Shown: in pieces, positions 1-12,400 of the stretch
Numbering within the stretch: the first letter of the stretch is position 1
How the letters are laid out: every line of letters starts with the position of its first letter
DNA from: Macrostomum lignano
Taxonomy: Eukaryota
Reading direction: 5' to 3'
Length of the DNA: 64,000 nt
Assembly: GCA_002269645.1 (NCBI GenBank)
Contig: NIVC01002991.1
Span: 1 to 64,000 of the forward strand
Position numbers and translations under genes: made by a program
The notes under the pieces: generated by a model
What the model saw: the letters and a program-made list of their open reading frames with translations, nothing else
What the model was told of the DNA's origin: nothing
Databases searched by the model: none

Positions 1-2599
1 CCTTCATTTTCATGTACACATGCATGCATTCATGTAGATCGACTATGCTACTTAATGTATTCGAACATCGGATAGCCTCAAATGGTTTAGATACAATTTT
101 GACGGTACTTTTTTATCCGCATGGCTTGCGTGTCTTTGTAATTCTGTGCCCGTTGCAAGCTCCAATTTTAGGATTTCATTTTCAGTTTTTAATAATCATT
201 GTTAAGATGCGGCTACATTTATTTAGCTCACATGAATTGTAGCGAAACGAGGGGACAGGATGCTGGATGTCGTGCAACTTTTCAGTCGAAGCGCACACGT
301 ATTGCTACTCGATAGCACGTACTAGTGCTTGACAACATTTAATTGATTTCGCCTTCGATTTCATCGATCAGATTATTTAATTCTAGCTCTAAAAATATTG
401 TTTGATTTTCGACCTGCAACCGTGACTCATTTATTGCGAATGGTTTTGAGGAAATGCTGCGTAGTTTTATTGTGCAGTATACATAGTACATGTAATGTAC
501 AACGTACACTGCACGTATATGCTTAATTACAATCAGTGAGGCTTAATTGGATAGAAAAATGGTTCATTTGTGTAAGCGAACAGCGATAAAAAATACAGCA
601 ACTACCTTTAAATTTAAGTACGATGCATGTAAGCATGAGTACAATGTAAGAACTCGTAAAAATGCACTGTATGCATACATGCATGCACATGTACATGTAG
701 AACTATTAAGTACATGGAAAATTACTATAATAAAGCCTATTTACATTTAAATAAGCTTTATTAGAGTTAAGATTGTCTTCCAGCTGCAAAATCAATCATT
801 CCTACGAGTCTGCATTCTACCTGTAATAGCTCTGATACACGTGATTTTACATAATTAATGAATGATATGCATGCGATTTTTAGCTCGACTTAAGAACAGA
901 TTTGTTCTTTAATTTAATTTGACAATTTTTTGGGGCTTTATTACCATTAGGTCTGTAAAACAAAAAGTATTTTATAATATTTAATGCTTTTATATTTCTT
1001 ATGTCAGCTATAAGCTTTCTAGATTCATACAATAAATTGAAAATTTAACGCTTTTTAAATGCTAAAATTCTTCTTTATTGCTTGTAGTTTTCGATCTTGC
1101 AATAATTTAATCTAAAATTAATTTAATTTATTATAATTCAAATTTCCCTTTCCCTAATTAGAATTTTGTAATTGTAATCCATATAACTAAAAATTTCTGT
1201 CGGTAGGTAGGTATGTGGTATGTGATCGATTTTAGCAAATTTATTAATTCCAATTTCCGTCCAGCCCAATCTATCAGATATTTTATGAACCTGACCTGAT
1301 TTCTCTGCCTAAATAATACTTTTGTATCTAATTTGTGTCTGTATCTAATAATTTCTGTTGTTTAAGTAGTTAAGTTCAATAAATATAATATAATAAATCA
1401 TTTAAAAGATTAAAATATAGATTATTATACTACTTACTAGGCCTAGCTACTTAGTTTTATTGGCTTTTACAAGCAAATTGTGTGTACCTTTCAGTTCATA
1501 ATTCATAAGCTTAAAAACTACATGTGAGAGTACATTATGCTTGTCTAATGAGTTATGTTGTCAAATAGAATGCCCACAAACTTGTTTATTATGTTATCAT
1601 ATTTATCTTATTTTAAAGCTTCTACATGTGTCCTTTACGAGCGTATTCATTTAATTTTATTTACTTTAATATTCTACCCTATTACATTTTAACCTTTTCC
1701 TAAATGGCTTGCCAAAAAGTTTTAGAAAAAAGAATTAGTAGGCTCATTACTACTCATAGGCCTATGAAACTATATTGAAATTTGAAACTATATTTTTGTA
1801 AGGCTTGGTTTCGTTTATATCAATTTCATACTTTTCTTTATCTATAAAATGAATTAAAGATTTAGTTTTTTAATGTCTTGTAGATATTATAATTATATTA
1901 TGAGTTCATATTTTATGACAATTTTTTGTTTCTTTATATGCAACTAAAATATAATTACTATGATCATGTCATAGCATAAATAATTTTTTTTGAATATCAA
2001 ACAATTAAAAATGGGATCAAATACATCCCAAGCCCAAAATCACAAGATCCACAAAAGAAAAGAAAATATAATCTCAAAATATTGAGATCCTATTCGACCT
2101 ATATAGGATCTGTATATTGGATGCTAGTGTTAATACTATTTCCCAAAATCCTAAAGATTAAAACAAAAATATTAAACCTAATCCTGACCACAGAATACCA
2201 CAGAATGCTCAATTGATTAGTAGAATGTGTCTCGAATTAAAACACCATAGATGCTACTCTTCCTGTGAAGATTTATAAGTAGTTGTAACTATTTGATAAC
2301 ATTAAAGTAGCAGTTTACTGCTTTGAGAGCTCCTAGAGCAGTCGATGTAATTGAAATTATGCGATTGTTAAAAAACTTAAGTGGCAATCTTATGGTGGTT
2401 AACAATCACTCAACCAGTATTGGATTCCATACTGTATAAGCAAAAAACTGTAAACAATTTGACTTAAGAACAATAAAAGGTTCATAAATGGAAAGAATGT
2501 AGTACACTTCTGCAGCGCTTAAGTAAAACAAATTCAAAATTGAAAACAAGTTTGAGGATAAGGTTGAGGATCGTGAAGCGCAGCAGAAGCAGGACTCCA

Positions 2600-3055
2600 A
2601 GGGTCTGGCCGTGCCGACACACTTTGAACTAACGGTGGCTTTCGTTTTCGTTCAACAGGAGCGTCTTGTAAAGGTTCAATGCAGGATATGCACTGCTTAA
2701 AAGTCGCGTTCCCGGCTCGTGACGTTGATTTGGGCAGGTGTACATATCATCCCTGAAGTGTAAACTGCACACAACCGCTCTCTTCCATTTGTGTTCGTTT
2801 GCTTTTCCTGCAGAAGGTCAGCTCGAAACAATCGCCGAGCCCAGTCTTCGCACCTGAAAGATGCAAGAGTTTGAACACTAAAGTGATTCTAAAATCAAAA
2901 AGAAAACTCATACCACAGGAGTCAACTATGTGTTCTCTGAAATACATACCTTGCACTGTCTCCAGAAGGAAATGCTGAAATCGCGTCAAATGCGGGCACT
3001 TGTAGGCATAGGAATTGCAGCCATAAGCTGCGCACTGGGCTCGAGATTTTTTCAT
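2600..3055 (-). pseudogene. THAP zinc-finger gene remnant (frameshifted), one intron
   Basis: Stitching frames gives MKKSRAQCAAYGCNS...FPSGDSAR|CEDWARRLFRADLL...VVCSLHFRDD...RLLSSAYP, the THAP C2CH signature (CxxxxC, FP, W, CxxHF, AxP). GT-AG intron 2949-2854 joins AG|G TGC (R-C). At least 2-3 frameshifts are needed. Confidence 0.8.
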
Positions 3056-3440
3056 GATAGCACCGCACTGCTCTTCGCCTCAGAAAAAAGAATGTTCGTT
3101 GATCTACGACGTATGATTACTAAAAAACAGAAGACAAAAATCACAAGCCCATGCGAGTGAAATCGTCTATGGTGATTCTTCTCCATACTACTTTCCCACA
3201 GCTTCACAGGAAGAGTAGCACAAGCGAAAATATTTCGCATTGAGATTTTTTTCAGGGTGGCAGAATGAGCATTCTGTGGTATTCTGTGATCCTGAATTTT
3301 CTTCTCCACCCATGCAAGCCCTGATATTCAATAGCAAATCAATATTGCATTAAAAGTTCCATGGTATATGTTACACATAAAGCTGACTTTCAATGATCAA
3401 CCATGTACAATGAAAATTGCTGCATGGGCAGCACTTGGCC

Positions 3441-6400
3441 ATGCTATCAGCTGTTCTTACCCGTGGCTCTTCTAAACTGGGCCGTCTAATTTCGAGCGCC
3501 AATCAGTCACGATGCGGGCTGTGCACCTACGAGAACGTGGCCTCAACCGCCATGGTGTACGAGTCGGTGTTCCGCCAGTCCGTGCACAACCCGGAAGAGT
3601 TCTGGGCGGAGCAGGCCAGCAAGCTGTCGTGGAAAACAAAGTTCAACAAGGTGCTGGACCATCGGGACCCGGTGCGGCCGCGCTGGTTCACAGGCGGCGA
3701 GCTGAACACAGCCTACAACTGCCTGGACAGGCACGTGGAGGACGGCTTCGGCGACCAGGTGATTTATTATACTGCGTGGACAGGCTTTCTGACATAATTC
3801 GTCGAGGGTAGTCAAGGAATGGGACCCCAAGATCCTGGGGGTTTCGGCGACCAGGCACAATTTCCCTTGTTACTTGCTCTTTGTCACTTGCTCTTTGTCA
3901 CTTGCTCTTTGTCACTTGCTCGCTCTTGTTCCTTGTCACTTGCTCTTTGTCACTTGCTCTTTGTCACTTGCTCTTTCACTTGCTCTTTGTCACTTGCTCT
4001 TTGTCACTTGCTCTTTGTCACTTGCTCTTTGTCACTTGTTCTTGTCACTTGTTTCTGTCACTATTGTCTTGTCACTTGTTTCTTGCCTCTTGTTCCTTGT
4101 CAATTTCCTTCCCATCTATGCACAACACCTCACCCCAGGTGGCCGTCATTCACGACTCGCCAGTCACTAAGTCGGTCAGCCGGATCACCTACGCGCAGCT
4201 GCTCGATCAGGTGGCCCGTTTCGCCGGCTACCTGGCCAAGGAGGGCGTCAAACGCGGCGATCGGGTGCTCATCTACATGCCCATGGTGCCGGAGACCATG
4301 GTTGCTATGCTAGGCGCGGCCAGGCTCGGCGCAATTCACTCGCTAGTGTTTGGCGGCTTCGCTGCCAAGGAATTGGCCACCAGAATTGCTCACGCCAAGC
4401 CGAACGTCATCGTGTGTGGCTCCTGCGGCGTTGAGCCAGGCCGGACCATCGACTACCGGGCGATATTGCGCGACGCGTTGAGCCTAGTGAGCGGCGGCCA
4501 GCACTGCGTCGACCGGGTGGTCCTGTTCCAGCGGCCCGGCGGCCTGCCGCTGTCCGACTCCGACCCGGGCCTCGACGCGGACTGGGCCGAGGCGCTGGCC
4601 TCCTCTAGGAAGCACGACGCCGTGCCAATTGAAGCCAACGAGCCCGTCTACCTGCTGTACACCAGCGGCACCACCGGCTCGCCGAAGGGCGTCGTTCGAC
4701 CCTCGGCGGGTCACGCTGTGGCGTTGAATTTCTCCATGAACGCCCTGTACGGCCTTGACCCCGGGGACGTATGGTGGGCGGCCAGCGACTTCGGCTGGGT
4801 TGTGGGGCATTCCTACATCTGCTATGCCCCGCTGCTGCACAGGAACACCACCATCATCTATGAGGGTGAGGCGGGCTGCTGACTGCTAGCCACCCTCAGT
4901 GTGGGCTGTTGACTGCTAGCCACCCTCAGTGTGGGCTGTTGACTGCTAGCCACCCTCAGTGTGGGCTGTTGACTGCTAGCCACCCTCAGTGTGGGCTGTT
5001 GACTGCTAGCCACCCTCAGATCTTTCAGTGTGTGCTGCTGACTCTCTCTCTCCTTTTATCCTTTATTTGAGCCTTGAAGCAATTTTTTGGGCCTTGTGCC
5101 TTACCACATAATATTTCATACTAGTAGTTGTATTTAATCTATTTGACTGAATCTACTGAACCCATTGACCTCTAATTGTACCCTTAGTCATGTTTTGTAC
5201 TCTTTCTTTCTCTGTCCCTCGTTGTGTCTGCTCCGTGGCCTCTCCAAGTTAGTCCGCCGGCACATTGAATTGCTCTCTGTTCTTTACTCTGTCCGTGCTC
5301 TCCACCTTCGAATCCAAGCGGAGCAGGGAGCTGAGTCTCTCTGTTTAAAAATTGTCTGGTGCACTTTTTCAACATTTGAGTCCATGCCCTCCTCCACATG
5401 TGGCCCGCGAAGCCTCTCTATCCGACCCTTGCGTCCTTTCAATTTCACAATAGCAATCCGGCCCGCTGAAGATTTGTCTCTTCTCAGCTGTTTTGTCTAT
5501 TCTCCTCTCTTCATTTCTCTTCTCTCCCTTCTCTCTCTCCACTCTCGTCTATTTCCTCTCTCCTCTCTTTTCCCTTAGTCCCTCGCTTCTCCGTTCTCCT
5601 TTCTCTCTTATTCTCTCTACTCCAGGGGTCGGCAACCTCCGGCCCGCGAACTTCCTAAAATGGAAGTTTAGTGTGCACTAAAATGGGGAATTTCTTTCCT
5701 CAATTGCCAACTTTAATGACAAATTAGTAATGAGACACGAACTGATCGTGAAAGTAGCTGTTTACAAACTCTAGAAGACAGACAGCACATCCGTTCAAAC
5801 TTTCGAACAGAATAGAAATGGGGGAACTGGCAGCGAAGGAAAGTGAGGTGGTGGCGGGCCAACAACGGGCGTACAAATTTAGTAATTTAGTAAAGACCCA
5901 GGGGCAGATACTGGAGGGTAAAGACCCAGGGGCAGATACTGGAGGGTAAAGACCCAGGGGCAGATACTGGAGGGTAAAGACCCAGGGGCAGAGACTGGAG
6001 GGTAAAGACCCAGTGGGGCAGATACTGAAGGGTAAAGACCCAGTGGGGCAGATACTGGAGGGTAAAGACCCAGGGGCAGATACTGGAGGGTAAAGACCCA
6101 GGGGCAGATACTGGAGGGTAAAGACCCAGTGGGGCAGATACTGAAGGGTAAAGACCCAGTGGGGCAGATTCTGGAGGGTAAAGACCCAGGGGGCTGATTC
6201 TGGGATTCTAGGGTAAAAAACCGGGGGGCGGATTCTGGAGGGTAAAGACCCAGGGGGCGGATTCTGGAGGGTAAAGACCCAGGGGGCGGATTCTGGAGGG
6301 TAAAGACCCAGTGGGGCAGATACTGGAGGGTAAAGACCCAGGGGGCGGATACTGGAGGGTAAAGACCCAGTGGGGCAGATACTGGAGGGTAAAGACCCAG

Positions 6401-9400
6401 TGGGGCAGATACTGGAGGGTAATGACCCAGGGGCAGATACTGGAGGGTAAAGACCCAGGGGCAGATACTGAAGGGTAAAGACCCAGTGGGGCAGATACTG
6501 GAGGGTAAAGACCCAGTGGGGCAGATACTGGAGGGTAAAGACCCAGTGGGGCAGATACTGAAGGGTAAAGACCCAGTGGGGCAGATACTGGAGGGTAAAG
6601 ACCCAGTGGGGCAGATACTGGAGGGTAAAGACCCAGTGGGGCAGATACTGAAGGGTAAAGACCCAGGGGCAGATACTGGAGGGTAAAGACCCAGGGGGCG
6701 GATTCTGGAGGGTAAAGACCCAGGGGCAGATACTGGAGGGTAAAGACCCAGGGGGCGGATTCTGGAGGGTAAAGACCCAGGGGGCGGATTCTGGAGGGTA
6801 AAGACCCAGGGGGCTGATTCTGGGATTCTAGGGTAAAAAACCGGGGGCGGATTCTGGAGGGTAAAGACCCAGTGGGGCAGATACTGAAGGGTAAAGACCC
6901 AGTGGGGCAGATTCTGGAGGGTAAAGACCCAGGGGGCTGATTCTGGGATTCTAGGGTAAAAAACCGGGGGGGGCGGATTCTGGAGGGTAAAGACCCAGTG
7001 GGGCAGATACTGAAGGGTAAAGACCCAGTGGGGCAGATTCTGGAGGGTAAAGACCCAGGGGGCTGATTCTGGGATTCTAGGGTAAAAAACCGGGGGGCGG
7101 ATTCCGGAGGGTAAAGACCCAGTGGGGCAGATACTGAAGGGTAAAGACCCAGTGGGGCAGATACTGGAGGGTAAAGACCCAGTGGGGCAGATACTGGAGG
7201 GTAAAGACCCAGGGGCAGATACTGGAGGGTAAAGACCCAGTGGGGCAGATACTGGAGGGTAAAGACCCAGTGGGGCAGATACTGGAGGGTAAAGACCCAG
7301 TGGGGCAGATACTGGAGGGTAAAGACCCAGTGGGGCAGATACTGGAGGGTAAAAACCCAGGGGGCTGATTCTGGGATTCTAAGGTAAAAAACCAGGGGGG
7401 GGGCGGATTCTGGAGGGTAAAGAAAGACCCAGGGGGGGGGGGTTGAAGTAATCGGGGGCGACCTGTGGCCCGTGGTCTTGATTGAACTGAAAACCTCATC
7501 TGGCCCTCAAGTGGAAAAAGGTTGCCGACCCCTGCTCTACTCTATTCCCTCTCCTCTCTCCCCTCTGGGCCGCAGTCATGCTCTTGGTTCTCTTGCGAGT
7601 TTAAAAAAGTTTTACAACCCCTGGTTTGTGTTGCTTTGCTTTGCGTATATGCGTACTCTTGTCTGGCTATGCTTGCACAGGCAGGCACTATCTATACACT
7701 GTATAATGGCAGTATGTCTCTCTTACCAATACTTTTCTTAGACTGGAAAAATTCTGTTCGCTAAGCTGCCAGGCCTGTAATTTCTGTCTAAGCCACAGCA
7801 CCGGCAAGACGAGTGCTTTTATAATTTATACAGATTGCAAACAGGGCTGAGGTGCAGGGGCTTGCTGTTTTGATTTTGAATGACAGGCACTGCTGGCATC
7901 TGCCCATTTGGGTGGCACCATTTATGCGGCACTCTGTCTCCTTCTATTTCAACGCTATGTCCCCGCTGTGCCAATGCTGTCTGCTGTCCATCTTTTCACA
8001 TTCCTGTCGATTTTGTCTGCTACATTTGGTTGCATTCTCTTCTCCCTGTCTCCCTCACTTCACTACTCTCCCTCTACATCTCATCCTCTTTCACACATCT
8101 GTAACTGTGCTGCCTCTCACTCTCCCTATCACCCTCCCTCTCACTCTCCCTATCACTCACTCTCCCTCTCACTCTCCCTCTCACTCTCCCTCTCACTCCC
8201 TCTCACTCTCCCTATCACTCTCACTCTCCCTCTCACTCTTCCTCTCACTCTCCCTCTCACTCCCTCTCACTCTCCCTATCACTCACTCTCCCTCTCACTC
8301 TCCCTCTCACTCTCCCTCTCACTCCCTCTCACTCTCCCTCTCACTCCCTCTCACTCTCCCTCTCACTCTTCCTCTCACTCTCCCTCTCACTCCCTCTCAC
8401 TCTCCCTATCACTCTCACTCTCCCTCTCACTCTCCCTCTCACTTTCCCTCTCACTCTCACCGTCCCTCCACTCTCCTTCTCACTCCCTCTCTCACTGTCC
8501 CTCACACTCCATTTCTCACTCTCCCTCACACTCTCACCGTCCCTCTCACTCTCCTACCACTCTCACTCTCCCTCTCACTCCCTCTCTCACTGTCCCTCTC
8601 ACTCCCCCTCTCCCTCTCACTCTCCCTATCACCCTCCCTCTCACTCTCCCTATCACTCACTCTCCCTCTCACTCTCCCTCTCACTCTCCCTCTCACTCCC
8701 TCTCACTCTCCCTCTCACTCCCTCTCACTCTCCCTATCACTCTCACTCTCCCTCTCACTCTTCCTCTCACTCTCCCTCTCACTCCCTCTCACTCTCCCTA
8801 TCACTCTCACTCTCCCTCTCACTCTTCCTCTCACTCTCCCTCTCACTCCCTCTCACTCTCCCTATCACTCTCACTCTCCCTCTCACTCTCCCTCTCACTT
8901 TCCCTCTCACTCTCACCGTCCCTCCACTCTCCTTCTCACTCCCTCTCTCACTGTCCCTCACACTCCATTTCTCACTCTCCCTCACACTCTCACCGTCCCT
9001 CTCACTCTCCTACCACTCTCACTCTCCCTCTCACTCCCTCTCTCACTGTCCCTCTCACTCCCCCTCTCCCTCTCACTCTCCCTCACACTCCATTTCTCAC
9101 TCCCCCTCCCTCTCCCCCTCCCTCTCACTCTCCCTTACACTCCATCTCTTACTCTCCCTCTCACTCTCAATCACTCATTCTCCCTCTCACACCATCTCTT
9201 ACTCCATCTCTCACTCCATCTCTCACTCTCCTTCACCCATTTCTTATTAGATGAGGGAGGGGATTTAATTTCAGTAGTGAGGGTCGAGGGCGTAATTTCA
9301 TTTGAAGTAGGACATTCTATTTACATGCTCCTTTCAACCGATTAGTGTGGAGAGTGGAGCCACGCCCCCTTGTAGGACTTGACACCGGTTGACAACCATG

Positions 9401-12400
9401 ACTGAGTATCTCATTCAGCCTCTCGCCCCCATCCCGCTAGGCAAGCCGGTGGGCACTCCGGACGCCAGCCAGTACTTCCGGGTGATCAAGCAGCACAGCG
9501 TCCGCGCGATGTTCACGGCGCCAACCGCGCTGCGCGCCATCCATCGGGCTGATTCGCAGGACGCCTCTAGCGCGCCCTACAGGCCACTGGACAGCCTGCG
9601 TCACGTGTTCGTAGCCGGCGAGCACTGCGACGTGGAGACCCTGGCCTGGGCCAGGCGCCTGTTCAAAGTGCCAGTGTACGATCACTGGTGGCAGACTGAG
9701 ACCGGCTGGCCGATCACCAGCGTCTGCGTCGGCCTGGGCGACGACACGATGCCGCCTGCCGGCTCCGCTGGCAAGCCCGTGCCCGGCTTTCACGTCCAGG
9801 CAAGCTGGCAGAGAGGAAGCTTCTAGCATAGGGAAAATGAAATTAGACTCTAAAATATAGTCATACATGCGCAACCCCCCCCCCCTGATTTACAATAGCC
9901 ATGCGATTTATTTTTTTACCAAAGATGCGACTTACCTGTAAAAGAATCCCTAAAGGAAAACGCAATTTTTGGTAAACGACAGGAGTAACTATGACTATCT
10001 TGTAAAGGCTAAATGCCTCGTCGTCTAATTAGCACAACGTCTGTTATTCTTTTACGTGGGAATTTTTGCGACCACAATTTATGGTGATCAGGTCGGCCAG
10101 TAGTTGTTGCGCATGTATGCTAAGAGTACAGGGTCCCCTATTCCATATCATTCGATTCCATACTAAGAGTTCAACTTCACGAGGGCTGCGGGCACCCTGG
10201 AGCATCGCCTTCGGCGACATCGTCCCACATCCAGTTCTGAGGCAATTCTGCCCGTTCCGCTGACTCCTGAGCACGTGCAAGCGCGCGGATGCTTAAAAGT
10301 AGTTTAGGCCTTGCGATGAAGCTCTCCAGTCTCCAAGGCCAGAGGCAGGGCAGCTCAGCGGTAAACGCGTCTGACTCTCGCGCCAGGACCTCTGGTTCGA
10401 TTCCGTGCGCAAACATTCATTTTCCCAAATTGCCCTAGGGGTTGTTGTGCAATTCACAGCCACGAGGGCCAGTCCCCGAGGCACAGAGAGTGTACATGCC
10501 TGACGATTAGACAGTCAGGGCTGCTGTACACCCTGTGTGAGCGTGTGCATGAGTGCGTGCGTGCGTACAGTATTAAAACAAATGGGTATTCTCAGAAAGG
10601 GTATCAAAACAGCTGACGGATTCTTAGAAAGTGTATTGAAACAGCTGACGGATTCTTAGAAAGTGTATTGAAACAGTTGACGGATTCTTAGAAAGTGTAT
10701 TGAAACAGTTGACGGATTCTTGGAAAGTGTATTGAAACAGTTGACGGATTCTTAGAAAGTGTATTGAAACAGTTGACGGATTCTTGGAAAGGGTATCAAA
10801 ACAGCTGACGGATTCTTAGAAATGGTATCAAATCAGCTGACGGATTCTTAGAAAGGGTATCAGAACAGCTGACGGATTCTTAGAAATGGTATCAAAACAG
10901 CTGACGGATTCTTAGAAAGGGTATCAAAACAGCTGACGGATTCTTAGAAAGGGTATTAAAACAGCTGACGGGTTCTTAGAAATGGTATCAAAACAGCTGA
11001 CGGGTTCTTAGAAATGGTATCAGAACAGCTGACGGGTTCTTAGAAATGGTATCAGAACAGCTGACGGATTCTTAGAAAGGGCATCAAAGCAGCTGACGGA
11101 TTCTTAGAAATGGTATCAAAACAGCTGACGGGTTCTTAGAAATGGTATCAGAACAGCTGACGGATTCTTAGAAAGGGCATCAAAGCAGCTGACGGATTCG
11201 TAGAATCGGTGCGCTTGAATGTGCTCAGGAGTCAGCGGAATGGGCAGAATTGCCTCTGCACTGGTTGTGGCGTTGTGCCAGGGTGTCCCTAACCCTCCCG
11301 CGAATATTAATTTAAAAATTTATAAAGCACAAAACATCACTAAAATGCTTCCTCAACGGCAGATTCTTCGCGAATCGGACGAGGACGAACTGGGCCGCAT
11401 CGTGATCAAGCTGCCGCTGCCGCCCGGCACCGCCTCCACGCTGTGGGAGAATGACGAACGCTTTGTCAGCACCTACTATGAGAAATTCCCCGGCTATTAC
11501 GACACGGCTGACGCTGGCTACACGGATCACCACGGCCACCTGTTTGTGGTGTCCCGCGTCGATGACGTCATCAACGTGTCCGGGCACCGGCTGAGCACGG
11601 CCGCAATGGAGGAGGCCTGCTTGGAGAATCCGGACCTGGCCGAGTGCGCCGTGGTTCCGTTCCCTGACAAGCTGAAAGGCCACATTCCGTTGGGCTTCCT
11701 GGTGCCCTACGACGATGTGACTAAAGATAAGGCGACCATTGTGGCGGACACTGTCAAGCAGGTGCGCGAGCACATCGGACCAGTGGGCGCCTTTCGCATG
11801 GCTGTTGTGGTGCACCGACTACCCAAGACGCGAAGTGGTAAAGTGGCCAGAGGCACCCTGGCTTCTATGGCGGCCGGATTGCCGTTCAAGGTGAGAAACT
11901 CGGTGTGGTTTGTTGCTCTTTCTAAGAATCCGTCAGCTGTTCTGATACCATTTCTAAGAATCCGTCAGCTTTTCTGATACCCTTTCTAAGAATCCGTCAG
12001 CTGTTCTGATACCATTTCTAAGAATCCGTCAGCTGTTTTGATTCCATTTCTAAGAATCCGTCAGCTGTTTTGATACCGTTTCTAAGAATCCGTCAGCTGT
12101 TTTGATGCCCTTTCTAAGAATCCGTAAGCTTTTTTTATACTCTTTCAAAGAATACCCAATTGTTTTAATTCCTTTCTAAGAATACCCAATTGTTTCAATT
12201 CCCTTTCTAGGAATACCCAATTGTTTTAATTCCCTTTCTAAGAATACCCAATTGTTTTCATACTCTAGCACAAGGGATAACATATATTCAGAACTATGCT
12301 CAGTCTCCTATGCAGACTTCTTTGTCTATGGTTTGCCTTTCTAGATGCCAGTGACAATCGAAGACGAAACGGTGTACGAGCCAATCAAGAAAGAGCTGAT

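Noticed and set aside
7852-9345. 497-aa and 448-aa Leu/Ser/Pro/His-rich ORFs
   Set aside because: Translations of a CT-rich intronic array; no domain or codon signal.
9971-10032. rRNA gene locus
   Set aside because: Only 62 bp match, inside an intron; flanks are not rRNA-like.
10344-10415. Functional tRNA gene
   Set aside because: A and B boxes are present but no acceptor stem closes; it continues into a repeat body, so it is treated as a SINE head.
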